Origin: Candidatus Omnitrophota bacterium
GTDB taxonomy: Bacteria > Omnitrophota > Gorgyraeia > 2-01-FULL-45-10
Assembly (NCBI GenBank): GCA_023247385.1
Contig: JAHFGO010000003.1
Coordinates: 1-33,038 of the forward strand
Reading direction: 5' to 3'
DNA: 33,038 nt
The notes under the pieces are model-generated. The model was not told the DNA's origin, ran no database searches, and saw only the letters and a program-made list of their open reading frames with translations. This document shows, one piece after another, positions 30,995 through 33,038 of this stretch. The translations under genes and the position numbers were made by a program. How positions within the stretch are numbered: the first letter of the stretch is position 1; each line of letters starts with the position of its first letter.

Positions 30995-33024
30995 AACATT
31001 GCTCCGACTTCGACCTTCTGCTTTCTTTTACTCAACAATAGGCTCTCCCATCCGTTTAAGTCTTTATTCAGCGACCAGTATCGTTTGAGGAACCGGCGAT
31101 ATTCATCGGGACTATGCAGACGATAACCGTCGATGATATGCCCCATAGCGGAAGCAAGTTCTTCTGCCGATCTTACTTTATGATGATATCCTTCGAAATC
31201 CGCCAAAGGGTTCATGAGCATCGAATCCGGAAATACTGGAACGATAACCTCACATCCAAATGCAAGCGCCTCAATTGCAACCGTGCTCGTCGGAACCAGA
31301 AGGGCCCATGCTTTTTTAAGGCAGCTGTAGATATCGTCGACGCAAATCTTATAATCTCTGCCATCCGGCGCTTCGATGCCCATATCTCTGAACAGTCTCT
31401 TCATTGGCATGCAGGGGTGCCCTTTGAACCACACCTCCAAACTTCCTGTTTTCGGAAAGGCACTCAGGGCCATTCTAACCAGGTTCATCGATTCCACTTT
31501 ATCTATCGATCCTGCCACCAATAAGAGAGGCCGCCTCCTTTCGCGCGCAGGGAGATCTTCAGTTGACAATATATCGCTAAGATATATGTGACGAAGGGCC
31601 TCTACCTTTTTTACATTGCGGAACCCGCGATCTTCAAAATATGCACAAGGGAGATCTCCGTTACATGCGAGGATATCAGGTAGCGGCATGGTCTTAATGC
31701 CATCGGTTGGACCCAATTCTCTCTTATCGTAAAGGTACTGAAAATCATTTTTTGAAAATGAGGTATGCAGAAAGCCTATTGTCCTGACATGTGGGGCACA
31801 TTCTCTTTTGGCAGCGTTAAGCGCCTTCTCCCATGCCTGCATCTCACAATAGTAAAGGCAATCGTTTATATTGGATATTTTTTTAAATGCTTCACGAAAA
31901 ATAAGGTAATGGATTATCCCGTTTATGGCTGTGGTGCCGTAAAACGATCTATCCCATAACGACTTTACGAACGGAATGGACTCCTCGCCAACCGGATCCG
32001 ACAGCAGCCTGCTTTTATCGATACAATTGAATAAATAGCGGCCAACCATCAGCTGGCGAAACCATAAAGCTAGACTTCTAAAGAGATGTCTCATTGTGAA
32101 AAACTCTTCTGTCATGAAGAGCTTCTCGCTATTTTGCACAAAATCGCGCACCATATATACAGCATCCTTATACGTATAATCGCCGAGTTCCGGGACATAC
32201 ATAACTAGCCACGCCACCTCAATATTTAGCTCTTTCAATTTATCCTGCAGCCCAGCGGCATACTTATTACGAAATACGCCTTTTAGAGAGGCGTCTTTTT
32301 CAACCATCGGGAAATACGTTATGAAGAGAAGCGATGGCCGACGAGGCGAACGTCCCTCGATCTGCCCAAGGAGCCTACGTGCAATGACTCCGCGTTGAAA
32401 GGCTCTTGCAGCGTATGCGACTATCGATATGACGTCTCCGATTATTCCTAACCCGCTCACCAAACTCCTAAGGCGCGTTGTTTCATTTTTCGGACGCTCC
32501 TTAAGCGACTTTACGCGCACGTTAAGCGAGCGGCAGACTGATTTTACTGCTTCTCGAAGATTCTTATCCGCCGCCGCGATCAGACACATATCATAGGAGC
32601 CTGCCTTAAGGATCTTCTTAATGGCTCTCGTCTGCGCTATTCGAAAGAAGGCGTTTGTCTTTAACGGATTTTTTTCGGAAAGGAGGCCGAGCCACCATGT
32701 GCTGATATTGAATCCAGGCATAGCTAAGTGCTCCTTGACCGTCCTTCCGTCAATAGCACATTCGCCGATTCGGGCTGACCATTCGGCAAGTCCATTCCGC
32801 AAGAGGCCGATCTCTTCATCCAATATTTTTATAGGGTCAAAACACCTTGTGGAAAGACAGCCTTGTCCAAGAAGACGTTTTGCGTCTTCAATCATAGTGC
32901 AATCAGACGTTAGCGGCAGGATATCCACCTCCCGCATTTCAATATTATCGATGAGATTTACTATGCCGTTTATCGAATCATCAAATATAAACAATCCCTT
33001 ATTAAAAAACATGCTTTTTATCAT
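30991..33024 (-). CDS. Large uncharacterised protein; the C-terminal third has a GT-B / capsule-polymerase-like Rossmann pattern
   Basis: 677 aa with an ATG at 33024; only 14 nt of upstream sequence are available. It is soluble-looking apart from one hydrophobic stretch (LVSGLGIIGDVISIVAYAA). Notable blocks: FNISTWWLGLLSEKNPLK, PLLLVAGSID, ALLVPTSTVAIEALAFGCEVIVP. I cannot assign a family from memory with confidence. Confidence 0.4.
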   Translation of the reverse strand: MIKSMFFNKGLFIFDDSINGIVNLIDNIEMREVDILPLTSDCTMIEDAKRLLGQGCLSTRCFDPIKILDEEIGLLRNGLAEWSARIGECAIDGRTVKEHLAMPGFNISTWWLGLLSEKNPLKTNAFFRIAQTRAIKKILKAGSYDMCLIAAADKNLREAVKSVCRSLNVRVKSLKERPKNETTRLRSLVSGLGIIGDVISIVAYAARAFQRGVIARRLLGQIEGRSPRRPSLLFITYFPMVEKDASLKGVFRNKYAAGLQDKLKELNIEVAWLVMYVPELGDYTYKDAVYMVRDFVQNSEKLFMTEEFFTMRHLFRSLALWFRQLMVGRYLFNCIDKSRLLSDPVGEESIPFVKSLWDRSFYGTTAINGIIHYLIFREAFKKISNINDCLYYCEMQAWEKALNAAKRECAPHVRTIGFLHTSFSKNDFQYLYDKRELGPTDGIKTMPLPDILACNGDLPCAYFEDRGFRNVKKVEALRHIYLSDILSTEDLPARERRRPLLLVAGSIDKVESMNLVRMALSAFPKTGSLEVWFKGHPCMPMKRLFRDMGIEAPDGRDYKICVDDIYSCLKKAWALLVPTSTVAIEALAFGCEVIVPVFPDSMLMNPLADFEGYHHKVRSAEELASAMGHIIDGYRLHSPDEYRRFLKRYWSLNKDLNGWESLLLSKRKQKVEVGAML

Positions 33025-33038
33025 ATTAAAATATCTGC

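Noticed and set aside
569-31959. All plus-strand ORFs in the track (for example 569..1048, 6832..7191, 15999..16373, 20001..20534, 21595..21996, 24000..24425, 26732..27094, 28741..29106, 31114..31524).
   Set aside because: Each lies entirely antisense to a minus-strand gene with strong family motifs. Their translations are low-complexity (rich in S, L, F, R and I), lack recognisable motifs, and have no Shine-Dalgarno sequence or intergenic context. The apparent paralogy of 26732..27094 and 28741..29106 is only the shadow of the duplicated minus-strand genes.
1-33038. An apparent compositional shift: the region from about 17.4 to 26.5 kb looks more GC-rich by eye than 0-12 kb, which might indicate a mosaic or horizontally acquired sub-block.
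   Set aside because: I cannot compute windowed GC or codon usage reliably by eye. The membrane-protein genes are expected to be AT/T-rich anyway. A sliding-window GC and codon-usage calculation against the host genome is needed before any claim.
1-33038. A search for CRISPR repeats, tRNA/rRNA genes, IS elements, integrases, toxin-antitoxin modules or defence-system signatures.
   Set aside because: Nothing of the kind was found. There are no regularly spaced direct repeats and no cloverleaf-like or rRNA-like conserved stretches. Coding density is near 99 percent on one strand, and every ORF of 170 aa or more has a glycan-biosynthesis or membrane-protein character.

Overview
All 30 protein-coding genes I can support lie on the minus strand. 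They form one nearly gap-free surface-glycan biosynthesis super-operon (LPS/O-antigen, capsule or S-layer-glycan type), transcribed from about 33024 down to 1. Many stop and start codons touch or overlap (ATGA, TAATG, TAAATG, TAGATG). Only two intergenic gaps exceed 100 nt (29970-30076 and 10226-10349), and each holds a sigma70-like -35/-10 pair.

In transcription order the genes are:
- a 677-aa unknown protein and a GT2;
- two tandem 577-aa paralogous polytopic membrane proteins;
- a WbpP-like SDR;
- an HldE-like nucleotidyltransferase-kinase fusion with inverted domain order, and a GmhA-like SIS protein;
- a radical SAM, a ThDP-dependent E1 alpha/beta pair, a TM-less Dpm1-like GT2 and two more radical SAMs;
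- a GT2, a B12-radical SAM and a second TM-less Dpm1-like GT2;
- an ArnA-N-like formyltransferase, a DegT aminotransferase and an SDR;
- two small paralogous membrane proteins with a winged-helix-like tail;
- a GT4-TM-DUF218 fusion, a CE4 deacetylase and a GNAT;
- an ArnC/GtrB-like GT2 with TM helices, a second B12-radical SAM and an ArnT/PMT-like GT-C;
- a GT4, an ArnA-C-like SDR and a truncated WecA/MraY-like initiating transferase that the ORF track misses.

I see no rRNA, tRNA, CRISPR array, transposase or integrase. I also recognise no Wzx, Wzy, Wzz or ABC exporter.

The most unusual aspects are:
- five radical SAM enzymes in one glycan locus, each lipid-sugar-type GT2 lying next to one of them;
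- an E1 alpha/beta pair with no E2 or E3;
- a dispersed Arn-like amino-sugar module;
- several unrecognised membrane proteins.

All family calls rest on motifs read by eye and remembered reference sequences. No database search was run. Identity levels are rough visual estimates.
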